A DNA stretch of 64,000 nucleotides, from assembly GCA_965223265.1 (NCBI GenBank), contig OZ244999.1, positions 4,800,001 through 4,864,000 of the forward strand, given 5' to 3'. Under the pieces are notes generated by a model. It saw nothing but the letters and a program-made list of their open reading frames with translations, did not search any database and was not told the origin of the DNA. Source of the stretch: Planctomycetota bacterium (GTDB lineage Bacteria > Planctomycetota > UBA8108 > SXIK01). A program made the position numbers and the translations under genes. Below, piece by piece: positions 29,306 through 38,312 of the stretch; the first letter of the stretch is position 1, and each line of letters begins with the position of its first letter.

Positions 29306-30475
29306 ATGAACGTGCTTGTTCGTCTCACGATCGTCGCAACCGTATGGGTGTTTGTTTCGTTCCCAAGTTCAGCGAGCGCACGCGACCCCAAAGCATTTCG
29401 CCGCGGCACGGTCCATCACAAGGTCGCCTGCCGCGACGCACCGAGTTTGCACTACAATGTCTACGTTCCTCGCTCGCTCCGAAAGGACACCGCGTCGCCG
29501 CTTCTAATCGTCTACTCTTCGGAAGGCAACGCACCCGTCGAATGCTTTCGCGACGCCGCTGAGAAAGTCGGCTGGATCGTGTGCGGCTCGGTCGAGAGCT
29601 CAAACGGGAGGAGCCCGCCGGCGGCGCGAATTTACCAAGCGCTGCGCGATGATCTGCAGCTGCGTTACTCGATCCATCGGCGGAGGATCTATTTGGCAGG
29701 ACTCTCCGGCGGCTCCGACAAAGCGTTCTCTCTCGTCAGGTCCTTTCCCGAAGAGATCGCCGGCGTGATCGGCATCGGAGGCGTGCCTCGCAATCTCCCA
29801 AAGATCTCAGAGTCCCACGCCTCCTTCGTCGGCATCGCCGGGACGCGAGATCCCGCGTACTGCTCGACGCTCTTACTGATGGAACAAGCCGTGAAGCAGA
29901 AGGTTCCCTATCGATTTCTCGAGTGGAATGGCGCGCACTGGTGGCCCGGCCCTGAGGTCCTGCGCAGCGCCTGCGTCTGGCTCGATGGACAGTATCTGCT
30001 CGGCGCGACGAAGCTCACAGAGGCGGAGAAGGACGCGAGACCGAAACGACTCGAACGGCGCCTGAAAAGAATCCGACGTTTGGCCCGCGGCAATCAAGCT
30101 CTCCGACTTGACGCCCTCGAACGCTACGAATCACTGCTCGCCGGAGTGCACCGCGATCGCTCGGCTCGAGCTGAAATCGATGCCGCGATCGAGGAAACTC
30201 TCCTCAAGTTGAAACCCGAAATCGCAGCACGCGACGCGTTCCGCTTGGCGTGCGTTGAGTATACTCGCAGCAGTGAACCTTTCGACCGCAAGACACTGAC
30301 AGCGCTCAAAGCGCGCATGGACAACGTCGCCGCCGAACACCGACAGCGCGTCTATGGCCGCCGCGCCGCGACGGTAGCGCAAACGGTTCAGGACGGACTC
30401 ATCGACGGCAAACCGTCGGTCGTCCGGCCGGGCGAAGGATGTATTCAAGCGTTCCCGAAGATTCGACGCAAATGA
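29306..30475 (+). CDS. Secreted alpha/beta hydrolase (esterase-like) with helical C-terminal extension
   Basis: Signal peptide; YNVYVP, RRIYLAGLSGG nucleophile elbow, GTRD, GAHWWP. Confidence 0.7.
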   Translation: MNVLVRLTIVATVWVFVSFPSSASARDPKAFRRGTVHHKVACRDAPSLHYNVYVPRSLRKDTASPLLIVYSSEGNAPVECFRDAAEKVGWIVCGSVESSNGRSPPAARIYQALRDDLQLRYSIHRRRIYLAGLSGGSDKAFSLVRSFPEEIAGVIGIGGVPRNLPKISESHASFVGIAGTRDPAYCSTLLLMEQAVKQKVPYRFLEWNGAHWWPGPEVLRSACVWLDGQYLLGATKLTEAEKDARPKRLERRLKRIRRLARGNQALRLDALERYESLLAGVHRDRSARAEIDAAIEETLLKLKPEIAARDAFRLACVEYTRSSEPFDRKTLTALKARMDNVAAEHRQRVYGRRAATVAQTVQDGLIDGKPSVVRPGEGCIQAFPKIRRK

Positions 30476-30485
30476 TGGAAGCACT

Positions 30486-31565
30486 GTGAGCGCAAACGCC
30501 TCTGCGAACGACCGCGAGTTCGAACTCTTCTCAACCCCCTGCCCAGAAGTCGAGCCAGAGGTCGCCGAGCGGATCGCGGCCGACGCCTTTGGAATCGTTG
30601 GACGCGCCCAGGAGCTCACCAGCGAGCGCGATCGCAATTTTCACATCACACAGGTCACAACAGCGCCGCAGCAAGAATACGTCCTCAAAATCGCCAATCC
30701 ACTCGAGAGCTGCGAAGTAACAGACTTCCAGACGCGAGCACTCCTTCACTTAGAGTCACACCTGACAGCGCTCGCCGTACCGCGGGTGGTGTCGACTCCA
30801 TCTGGTGAGACTTTCGCGCGCATCGAGATCGCGCCGCGGCAGACGTCGACGGTACGACTCCTCACATATGTTCGCGGTCAGCCGTGCGCCGCGGCGCCGT
30901 CAACGCCAGCGCTGCGCAGAAACCTTGGCGCCGCCCTCGCCCACCTCGGTCGAGCGCTGCGTGATCTCCCGCCGGAAGGCGCGGATGAAGAGCTGATATG
31001 GGATCTAAAGAACGCTTGGCGTTTGCGCTTTCTTCTCGAGAAGATACGCGATGCCAACAAGAGGCACGCGTGCGGCCGCCATCTCGACGCATTCGATGCT
31101 CGGATCGCGCGGCTCCTCCGCAGTTGCCGCTCGCAGTCGATCTACAACGATCTCAACCCCAGCAATGCACTCGTCCACGCTGACGATCCCGAGCGCGTCA
31201 CCGGCATCATCGACTTAGGCGACATGGCCCACGCGCCGCTCGTGGTCGACGTCGCGGTAGCCGCCACGTATCAACTACGCCACACGGACGACCCCATCGA
31301 CGCGGCCGCCGAGCTCATTGCCGGCTACCACGACGTCACACCCCTCAGGTGTGAGGAGGTCGACTTACTCTTTGATCTGATCGCGACACGGCTCGTGATG
31401 TCCGTCCTCGTCTCCAACTGGAGAGCGGAACTCTTTCCCGAAAACAAGGACTACATCCTACGCCACGCGAGATTCAACTGGACGATGCTCGAGCGCTTCG
31501 ACATGCTGTCACGCGAACATGTGAGTCGCCGTCTGCGCAGCGCTTGCGGTGTCGAGGACGCCTGA
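30486..31565 (+). CDS. APH-family phosphotransferase, hydroxylysine kinase-like
   Basis: LTSERDRNF, YVLKIAN, VRLLTYVRG, WDLK, YNDLNPSN, GIIDLGDM; adjacent to a PLP phospho-lyase-like gene. Confidence 0.8.
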   Translation: MSANASANDREFELFSTPCPEVEPEVAERIAADAFGIVGRAQELTSERDRNFHITQVTTAPQQEYVLKIANPLESCEVTDFQTRALLHLESHLTALAVPRVVSTPSGETFARIEIAPRQTSTVRLLTYVRGQPCAAAPSTPALRRNLGAALAHLGRALRDLPPEGADEELIWDLKNAWRLRFLLEKIRDANKRHACGRHLDAFDARIARLLRSCRSQSIYNDLNPSNALVHADDPERVTGIIDLGDMAHAPLVVDVAVAATYQLRHTDDPIDAAAELIAGYHDVTPLRCEEVDLLFDLIATRLVMSVLVSNWRAELFPENKDYILRHARFNWTMLERFDMLSREHVSRRLRSACGVEDA

Positions 31566-31617
31566 GCGCTGTAGCACCGCCTCAATTCTTTTGCACTTCT
31601 TGCGCCTCTGAGAAAAC

Positions 31618-31687
31618 TAGCAGGCGCACTCCGTGTGCCGTCCGTTCTCTTCTCGACCCACGGCACACGGAGTGTGCCTGCCACCTT
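31618..31687. repeat. Inverted pair of the GTAG-type REP element
   Basis: TAGCAGGCGCACTCCGTGTGCCGT...ACGGCACACGGAGTGTGCCTGCCA. Confidence 0.8.
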
Positions 31688-31748
31688 AGCGACGGCTCAA
31701 CCGCAGCCAAACCATCCCACTACAACCACGTCCCATGGAATCGCTACC

Positions 31749-33032
31749 GTGCAGCGACTGATTGAACGACGCCGCCAACTCCTCGGACCGGCCTATCGAC
31801 TCTTCTACGATCGTCCCCTCCACATCGTTCGCGGCGAGGGCGTCTGGCTGTACGACGCCGACGGTAAGCCGTATTTGGATGCGTACAATAACGTTCCGCA
31901 CGTCGGCCACTGCCACCCCACCGTAGTCGACGCTCTGGTGCGCCAAGCCAAGACCCTCAACACGCACACGCGCTATCTTCATGAAGCGGTTCTCGACTAT
32001 GCCGGTCGTCTGACGTCGAAGTTCCCGGGTGACCTGAGTGTCGTTATGTTCGCCTGCACTGGCAGCGAGGCGAACGAACTGGCCGTGCGCATCGCGAAGA
32101 GTGCCAGCGGAGGCGACGGTTTCATCGTCACGGAGCACGCCTACCACGGCAACACGAACGCGATCTCGGAGCTGTCGACGACGCATGCCTACGTGCAGCG
32201 TGGGCCTGAGATCAAGACGGTCCCCGCGCCGAACGCCTATCGTGGACCCTACCGCTCCGCCGCCAGCGACGACGACGTCGACATCGGAAGTCGTTACGCC
32301 GACCACGTCCACCGCGCAGTCGATGCGATGCGCCGAGAGGACATCAAGCCGGCCGCAATGCTCGTCGACACCATCTTCAGCACAGACGGGATTCACCGGG
32401 CGCTCCCTGGCTACCTCCAGGCTACAGCGGAAGAGGTGCGCGCGGCCGGCGGCGTGTTGATCGCCGATGAAGTGCAGGCCGGATTCGGGCGCACAGGTGA
32501 TCATCTGTGGGGCTTCGAGCATCACGCCGTCATCCCGGACATCGTCACCCTCGGAAAGCCGATGGGAAACGGGCACCCAATCGCAGCTGTCGTGACGACA
32601 CCGCAGCTGGCGGCGAAGTTCGCCGAAAGCGCGCATTACTTCAACACCTTCGGCGGCAATCCTGTCGCGTGCGCCGCCGCCAGCGCGGTCCTCGACGTCC
32701 TTGAAGGTGAAAACCTGCAGGAAAACGCTCGCAGCATTGGCGCCTATCTACGCGACAGGATCGACGAGCTGCGCTCGTCCCACGATCTCATCGGTGACGT
32801 GCGCGGTTCCGGACTCTATATCGGTGTCGAGCTCGTCCGAGATCACGACACGCTCGAACCGGCAAGCGCCGAAACCGCCGCCGTCGTCAACGGCCTGCGC
32901 GATCGCGGCGTGCTGATCTCGTCGACGGGGAAGGAAAACAACGTCCTCAAGATCCGCCCGCCACTGGTCTTTTCGCGCCAGCACGCGGACCAACTGGTCA
33001 CCGCGCTCGACACGACGCTACGAGCGATCTAA
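31749..33032 (+). CDS. Class III PLP aminotransferase fold, 5-phosphohydroxylysine/ethanolamine-phosphate phospho-lyase-like
   Basis: [70 protein letters not shown]. Start estimated at GTG 31749 because the upstream part overlaps the REP. Confidence 0.85.
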   Translation: MQRLIERRRQLLGPAYRLFYDRPLHIVRGEGVWLYDADGKPYLDAYNNVPHVGHCHPTVVDALVRQAKTLNTHTRYLHEAVLDYAGRLTSKFPGDLSVVMFACTGSEANELAVRIAKSASGGDGFIVTEHAYHGNTNAISELSTTHAYVQRGPEIKTVPAPNAYRGPYRSAASDDDVDIGSRYADHVHRAVDAMRREDIKPAAMLVDTIFSTDGIHRALPGYLQATAEEVRAAGGVLIADEVQAGFGRTGDHLWGFEHHAVIPDIVTLGKPMGNGHPIAAVVTTPQLAAKFAESAHYFNTFGGNPVACAAASAVLDVLEGENLQENARSIGAYLRDRIDELRSSHDLIGDVRGSGLYIGVELVRDHDTLEPASAETAAVVNGLRDRGVLISSTGKENNVLKIRPPLVFSRQHADQLVTALDTTLRAI

Positions 33033-33052
33033 CGGCAAGTCGCTTGGCGGCT

Positions 33053-33577
33053 CTACGAATCCACTGCGGTTTCAGTCGCCGGCACACGAACGGGCGTCTG
33101 CCCTGCGCCGCGAAGAAACGGCGGCGCCGCAGAGCCGTGAACCAGGTGACACGTGCTGCAAGCGTCAGCCTCCTTCGCTCCTTCACTCACGGCCGCTCTC
33201 GAGGTCGCACTCGCCGCCACTGTCGGACAGGTCAAGAGCGATGCGTGACAACCGCTGCAAAGACGCGTCTGCGGCGCCGAGAGAAGCGACTCATAACGGG
33301 AACTGTGAGGGCGGTGGCAGAGAAGGCAGTCCCCCAGAGCGACAGGCCCGTGCGCGAACTTGACGCGGGCGAGGTCTTGGTGACAGTCTCCGCTGCTGCA
33401 GTTGTTGGCGCCAGAGCGGCTGGCCGGGATGCCACCGCGGACCTCGCCGTGACACTGCCGGCAATCGCCTGGGTGAGCAAAGAGAGGCATCGCCCTCCTC
33501 GCAGTCCGTGGCTCCCGCTCCGACGCACAGCTGACGACGAGCACGAGCAATGTGAATCCAACGATTCCGATCACCAA
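33053..33577 (-). CDS. Small multiheme cytochrome c lipoprotein (doubled-CXXCH family), 5 heme motifs
   Basis: VLVVSC lipobox; CRQCH, CSSGDCH, CLLCH, CSGCH, CSTCH; HGPVALGDC. Start approximate. Confidence 0.75.
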   Translation of the reverse strand: MVIGIVGFTLLVLVVSCASEREPRTARRAMPLFAHPGDCRQCHGEVRGGIPASRSGANNCSSGDCHQDLARVKFAHGPVALGDCLLCHRPHSSRYESLLSAPQTRLCSGCHASLLTCPTVAASATSRAAVSEGAKEADACSTCHLVHGSAAPPFLRGAGQTPVRVPATETAVDS

Positions 33578-33627
33578 TGCGCCCGTCGTAGTGCGGGAAC
33601 CGTTCGTCGCAGCTGAGTGGGGAATCT

Positions 33628-34599
33628 CTACTTGTGGCACAGTGTACAGTCCGACCCGTTGTCTGCGTGCGGCGGTCTCAGGTGACAACGACGGCAATCC
33701 GACGTCGCCGGTTGATGAGGCGGCGGCGGAATCGGCGTCGCCAGCTGATGACTCAGTGTCGATGCGTGACAGACGCGGCAGCCGGTCGACTCGAGCGGTT
33801 CGTGGCACGAGAGACAATGCCGTGATTGAGCCCCGCCGAATCCACCGACATGGCTCCGCGGCTCGACCTCCTGGTGGCAGCGGACGCAGAAGTTTTCCTG
33901 ATGACAAGGCGTGCACTGCGTTCGATTCAAACCGGCCTCCAGACCGTGCCCCCGACCGCGAAAGAACTCCGTGTGACTCTGCGGTTTCATGATTTGGTGA
34001 CATGCGTCGCAAGAGCTCTGAGCATGACAGATGCCACATCCTTCCTGGTGGCCACGCGAGCGTGCGATCTCGATGTCACGGCCGTGAGTGCGCAAAAAGA
34101 TATCAGAATGGTGAGATGGAGGTTTTGTGGTCGTACGGATCTCGAGATGGCAGACCGAACAGTCGGCGGCAACATCGTGCTGCCGATGGCAATCCTGGCA
34201 TGCCTCAGGACGGTTGTCTTTCAGATGCCAACGCGTCGAGTCGGCAAGCAAAGCGCCGTGGCACGCTGCGCATGGAACGTCGCGTGCGCTGTGCACTGCA
34301 TGTGAGAATTTGAGATCTGTCGACACCACCCGAGGAAGGAACGTCTGACTTGGATCTTGTTTCTGGATCTCCGTTTCGTATGGATAAGGCGCGCGCGATT
34401 CATCTTCTCCGTGACACGCGAGACAATGCCGAAACGTCGGCATTTCGGCGGTAGCGTCCGTCACACCTCCTTCATGGCATGCCCCACATGCGATCTTCTG
34501 TTCTTCATGCATGCGATGGCTGAAGCGGGCAGGACGGCTCTCGAGCAAGAGCGAACAGCCAATGAGGCCGATGACAACGCAGCACGCCGCGCCGAGCAT
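33628..34599 (-). CDS. Periplasmic multiheme cytochrome c, 13 CXXCH motifs
   Basis: CGACH, CLACH, CAACH, CQDCH, CSVCH, CGICH, CDACH, CTPCH, CVRCH, CLSCH, CRVCH, CRRCH, CTLCH; FSH motifs of the cytochrome c3/c7 type. Alternative start 34629. Confidence 0.88.
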   Translation of the reverse strand: MLGAACCVVIGLIGCSLLLESRPARFSHRMHEEQKIACGACHEGGVTDATAEMPTFRHCLACHGEDESRAPYPYETEIQKQDPSQTFLPRVVSTDLKFSHAVHSARDVPCAACHGALLADSTRWHLKDNRPEACQDCHRQHDVAADCSVCHLEIRTTTKPPSHHSDIFLRTHGRDIEIARSRGHQEGCGICHAQSSCDACHQIMKPQSHTEFFRGRGHGLEAGLNRTQCTPCHQENFCVRCHQEVEPRSHVGGFGGAQSRHCLSCHEPLESTGCRVCHASTLSHQLATPIPPPPHQPATSDCRRCHLRPPHADNGSDCTLCHK

Positions 34600-34619
34600 C
34601 TTTCGTGCGCTCTCCGTGA

Positions 34620-36008
34620 TCAAAACCATACCCTGAACCCTGAAGTGACGACGTGGTACTCGCTGTGCGAATCTTTTTCATACCGGTACTGGCTGTCGAG
34701 ATGAAGCCAGTCGGTCGCTTTCCACAGCACCTTCACATAGTAAAGTCGGTCACGGTCGCGCTCGGTGCCCGTGAATTCATCGAACCTGTAGAGAGAATAG
34801 TCCGTGCCGATGCGGATGCGCCAGGCTTTCGCGAAGCGCTGTTCAGCCTCAACGCCGGCCGCGTAGATCTCGTCATTGTCAGAGTTGAAGAGGTCCCCAC
34901 GCAGAGAGATCCTCCCGCCACGCCACACATCGCGCGCGTCGAATGACAAGTAAACGTTCTGGTATTCGTGATTGAAGAGCCCCTCGTCCGACGAATCCTC
35001 GAGCTCGCGGACGCTGACACCCGTCCCGACGCCAAAGTGCTCGGCGATGGGCTGGTGAGCATCGATCTGGTACTGAAAGAACGGCGCGTAACTCCCCTGA
35101 ACGAGCTGGAAGGCCGAAAGCTCACTTGAGAGGAAATCAACGATGCCGTTCTGTCGCAGCACCCTGCCGTACACCGAAGACCCCCAGTTCTTTGAGACGT
35201 AGCGCAGGTCGATCAGCTGGCGCCGGTCTCGCTCTTCAACCCACGACGCCGAGACGTTCGTCGACCACTCGTCCGTGATCCTATAATCAGCGTGAATGGC
35301 GTACAGGTCGTCGTTGGCATCGGGCGCGGAATCTCTTCGATCGCGGATGAAGAAGTAGTCCGCACCGAGGCTCAAACCGTCGAGAGGCGTCGATTCGACG
35401 CCAACTCCGGTGAGCAAATCACCGGAGGGAGAGCTTTCGTAGAGATGCGCCGGCACGCCGGCGTAGAGATCGGCGGACAGTGTTTTCCACACTTTCGACT
35501 TAGCGTGCGCGCCGTCGAAGAGAATCCCCTCCTCGCGATGAATACGCTGTCGGCCAAATCGCAAATGCTCAAGCACAGAGAAATCAGCCACCTCCGCGTA
35601 GGCCGAGTGCAAGAAGGCGTGAAATCGGTCTCCAAACGTGTTCGAGACATCCGTGAAGGGTACGAAGCCGCGACTGTCGCTCGCGCTGCGAAACCCATCG
35701 ATATCGAGATCATAGCTGCCCTGAAAGTGAAAACCGACCTCGCCATAGGGTCGCTCATGCCGCGCTTCGGGATGCGGGTAGGCCATATCGAGCGTGAGAA
35801 AGCCGTAGACGTCTTGGTCCCTGGCGTCGTCGACCGATGAAGACCGAAACCTGTAACGTTGACTGAGGTTGCCGGAGATTTCCGCAGGCGCCGCTTTTTC
35901 GCTCTCGTCTTCCTGCGCTCCCAGATGTGGCGCGCAAAGTGGAGGGCAGAGCGCCGTGCAGGCAGCCGCAGCACAAACGACGGAAAGAAGGCGGTCCCGA
36001 GTCGCCAT
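34620..36008 (-). CDS. Outer-membrane beta-barrel (putative porin of a porin-cytochrome complex)
   Basis: Signal peptide, amphipathic beta-strand pattern, C-terminal GFRVWF (terminal-Phe BamA signal); flanked by multiheme cytochrome genes. Confidence 0.75.
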   Translation of the reverse strand: MATRDRLLSVVCAAAACTALCPPLCAPHLGAQEDESEKAAPAEISGNLSQRYRFRSSSVDDARDQDVYGFLTLDMAYPHPEARHERPYGEVGFHFQGSYDLDIDGFRSASDSRGFVPFTDVSNTFGDRFHAFLHSAYAEVADFSVLEHLRFGRQRIHREEGILFDGAHAKSKVWKTLSADLYAGVPAHLYESSPSGDLLTGVGVESTPLDGLSLGADYFFIRDRRDSAPDANDDLYAIHADYRITDEWSTNVSASWVEERDRRQLIDLRYVSKNWGSSVYGRVLRQNGIVDFLSSELSAFQLVQGSYAPFFQYQIDAHQPIAEHFGVGTGVSVRELEDSSDEGLFNHEYQNVYLSFDARDVWRGGRISLRGDLFNSDNDEIYAAGVEAEQRFAKAWRIRIGTDYSLYRFDEFTGTERDRDRLYYVKVLWKATDWLHLDSQYRYEKDSHSEYHVVTSGFRVWF

Positions 36009-36014
36009 AAGCTG

Positions 36015-38144
36015 CTACGGCTCCTCGGTGAATCGATAGTCGGGCCACGACCCGAACGCCACGCCGCGATGACAGGCGACACACGAGTTGAGTACGGCGG
36101 GAGAACCGTCGAGGTGCATCTCTTCGCTGACTTTCGGTGAAATCGCACCAAAGGTGTGTGAGGAGATATCGCCGCGGACGACGAAACCGTCGAGGTCGCG
36201 AACCCACTCGGCGCTCCGCGCGGTGCGCGGCATGTGGCACAGCGTGCAGCGTCCGAGTCCCTGTTCGGATCCCGGATCGCCGTACGGTGCCGGCCCGATG
36301 TTCATCGCCACGCCGATCTGATCGAACGTGCGGAGCAGAACGTGAGAGTTGAGCGCTTGTCGTACCGCTGCGGGAAACTGGCCAGCACCCGGATCGGCAA
36401 CTGCGCTCGGTTCAACCGCGTCGAAATCGCCGCGCCCAGAGTGGCAATCAAAGCAGAGGACGTTGTTGTCGGCCGGGGCGACAAGTTGCGCAGCGAACGT
36501 GCGGTCGTGAGCGTCGTGACAATCAAAACAGACGACGATCTGACGCTCGTTCAACGCGTGCGCCGACCTGACATGATCAAAGTAGTGCTGCCTTTGCTGC
36601 TTGGAGTGGTCAAAGTCGCTTCCGAACGGCCGGTCGCGCCACGAGGCGCTGTCGTCCACCGCGAGATCAACGGTGTCGAGGAAGCCGCCACTGGTTCCGA
36701 AGTGCGGCAGAATGTCGCGCCCACTCGGCGTGCCGAAGAACTCGGCCGGACTCTGACCAGGTGTGAAAAACTCCACTGCGCCGCTCAACGCATCGTTCCG
36801 CGCGGGGTAGTCTCCACCACCGTCACCATCGATGAGGGCGTTTCCACGACCGCGGATGTGGCACTGGCCGCAAAGCATCTGCGCCCGCCCAGGGGACAAG
36901 TACTGCGGCTGCACGATGGATCCGCCGCGGTCTTGGGCGTGCTGGGAGCCTGGGCCATGACAGCGCTCACAACCGACGTTCATCTCGTCGAGGTTGCCGT
37001 CGCCATCGTAGTCAAACGGCCCACCCGGATCGGCCACGGCGTGGGCCTGGAAGAGACCGTCGCCGCTGCGCGTTAGTGACATCCCGGTGAAGTGACAGCC
37101 GGCGCAGCGGTTGTCGAAAGAGTCTCGCGGCTCCGGGACACGCAGCGGCCGGTCCCCATCGACCGCTGGCGGCTCCCAGTGCTCGGCGTCGTAATCCGTC
37201 CAGGCGGGCACCGTGACCTCGCCACGCCCGACGTCGCCACGAGTCTCGGAGAACTGCGCCGGCAGGACCTGATAGGTACCGAGCGTTGCGTCCGCCGTGT
37301 GGCGCCCCTGCGCGCTGAGGCGCGTGACGTACAGCTGCTTGAATAGTCCTTCGCCACCGTACGAGAACTCGACGTAAAGTGGCTCGGAGACGCGCGCCTG
37401 GTCGTCACTTTCGACAGCCTGAAAAAATCCCGCTGCATCCCTGCCCAGAAGGATGCTGTACCCCTCGTTGCTGTCGACGCGATACCCGAAACCATCACCC
37501 CCGCCTGTGTTGTCATGGGGGTTCCCGTCCGCGAAGTAGGCTAGGCCCGCGTCGACGACCGGGAACTGTGAGAGATCTTGAAGCGAGGATGGTTCGGAAC
37601 CGGCGGCCGTCACGCGGCGCAGTCCGATCGAATGCAGCGTTCTCATATGTCCTGATGCGTCGGCGTGGCATTCGAGGCATCGGGAAGACCCCACATAGGC
37701 AGCGTCCTCAGGTGGTCGATCCGAAAGTTCGACCGTCAAATCGGTCAGAGCCTCGCCACTGTCGACCACCAACGCGGATCGCGATACGCTCCCGCCAGGC
37801 AAGTATCCCGAAATTGCCGCGCGCGCGAAGAGGAAATAACGCCCAGGGGGAAGCGAAACCGAGAACCGGCCGTCGGCGTCCGTCGACGCGGACGTTGTCG
37901 CGCTGCTCGTGCAATCCTCGAGGGGTTGGAGCGACATCGAAGCGGCGACTTCAGCCGCTGGGATCAAAAAGACCGTGGCGTTGATGCCGGCTCCATTACC
38001 GACGACGCGGCCACTGACGCTTCCGTCGGCAGGCGGAGCCGAGGAGTCTGAGCTACAGCCGAGAGAGAGAGCGCAGACGAGATAGCCGAAGAGTCGAACG
38101 AGTCGAACGAGTCGAGTGCCAAACAGGCAGCGCGCTGAATCCAT
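36015..38144 (-). CDS. Octaheme cytochrome c lipoprotein with N-terminal carboxypeptidase-regulatory-like beta domain
   Basis: LSLGC lipobox; YVGSSRCLECH, CAGCH, CERCHGPG, CGQCH, CFDCH twice, CTLCHMP, CVACH. Confidence 0.85.
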   Translation of the reverse strand: MDSARCLFGTRLVRLVRLFGYLVCALSLGCSSDSSAPPADGSVSGRVVGNGAGINATVFLIPAAEVAASMSLQPLEDCTSSATTSASTDADGRFSVSLPPGRYFLFARAAISGYLPGGSVSRSALVVDSGEALTDLTVELSDRPPEDAAYVGSSRCLECHADASGHMRTLHSIGLRRVTAAGSEPSSLQDLSQFPVVDAGLAYFADGNPHDNTGGGDGFGYRVDSNEGYSILLGRDAAGFFQAVESDDQARVSEPLYVEFSYGGEGLFKQLYVTRLSAQGRHTADATLGTYQVLPAQFSETRGDVGRGEVTVPAWTDYDAEHWEPPAVDGDRPLRVPEPRDSFDNRCAGCHFTGMSLTRSGDGLFQAHAVADPGGPFDYDGDGNLDEMNVGCERCHGPGSQHAQDRGGSIVQPQYLSPGRAQMLCGQCHIRGRGNALIDGDGGGDYPARNDALSGAVEFFTPGQSPAEFFGTPSGRDILPHFGTSGGFLDTVDLAVDDSASWRDRPFGSDFDHSKQQRQHYFDHVRSAHALNERQIVVCFDCHDAHDRTFAAQLVAPADNNVLCFDCHSGRGDFDAVEPSAVADPGAGQFPAAVRQALNSHVLLRTFDQIGVAMNIGPAPYGDPGSEQGLGRCTLCHMPRTARSAEWVRDLDGFVVRGDISSHTFGAISPKVSEEMHLDGSPAVLNSCVACHRGVAFGSWPDYRFTEEP

Positions 38145-38185
38145 GGTGAAGAATCATCAGGTGGTGCTGGATCGACCGAGCGCAC

Positions 38186-38217
38186 CGTTGATTCTACCGC
38201 CATGATACGAATCAACG
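38186..38217. promoter_or_regulatory. Perfect 9-bp inverted repeat in the divergent promoter of the cytochrome locus
   Basis: CGTTGATTC-N14-GAATCAACG. Confidence 0.4.
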
Positions 38218-38312
38218 TCGCAAGAAATCGTTCTGTCTCATTGCCCGTGTGTTTGCTACAGTTTGAGCGCAAGGCAAGAAGGCCTCCGATCATCCGACAT
38301 GGCGGAACCAAA

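Noticed and set aside
38088-38116. 9-bp tandem repeat GAGTCGAAC as a phase-variation tract
   Set aside because: In-frame (RLV repeats in the signal peptide) and only about three copies, so slippage would not switch expression.
38186-38217. Canonical FNR box
   Set aside because: TTGAT and ATCAA are 18 bp apart rather than 4.
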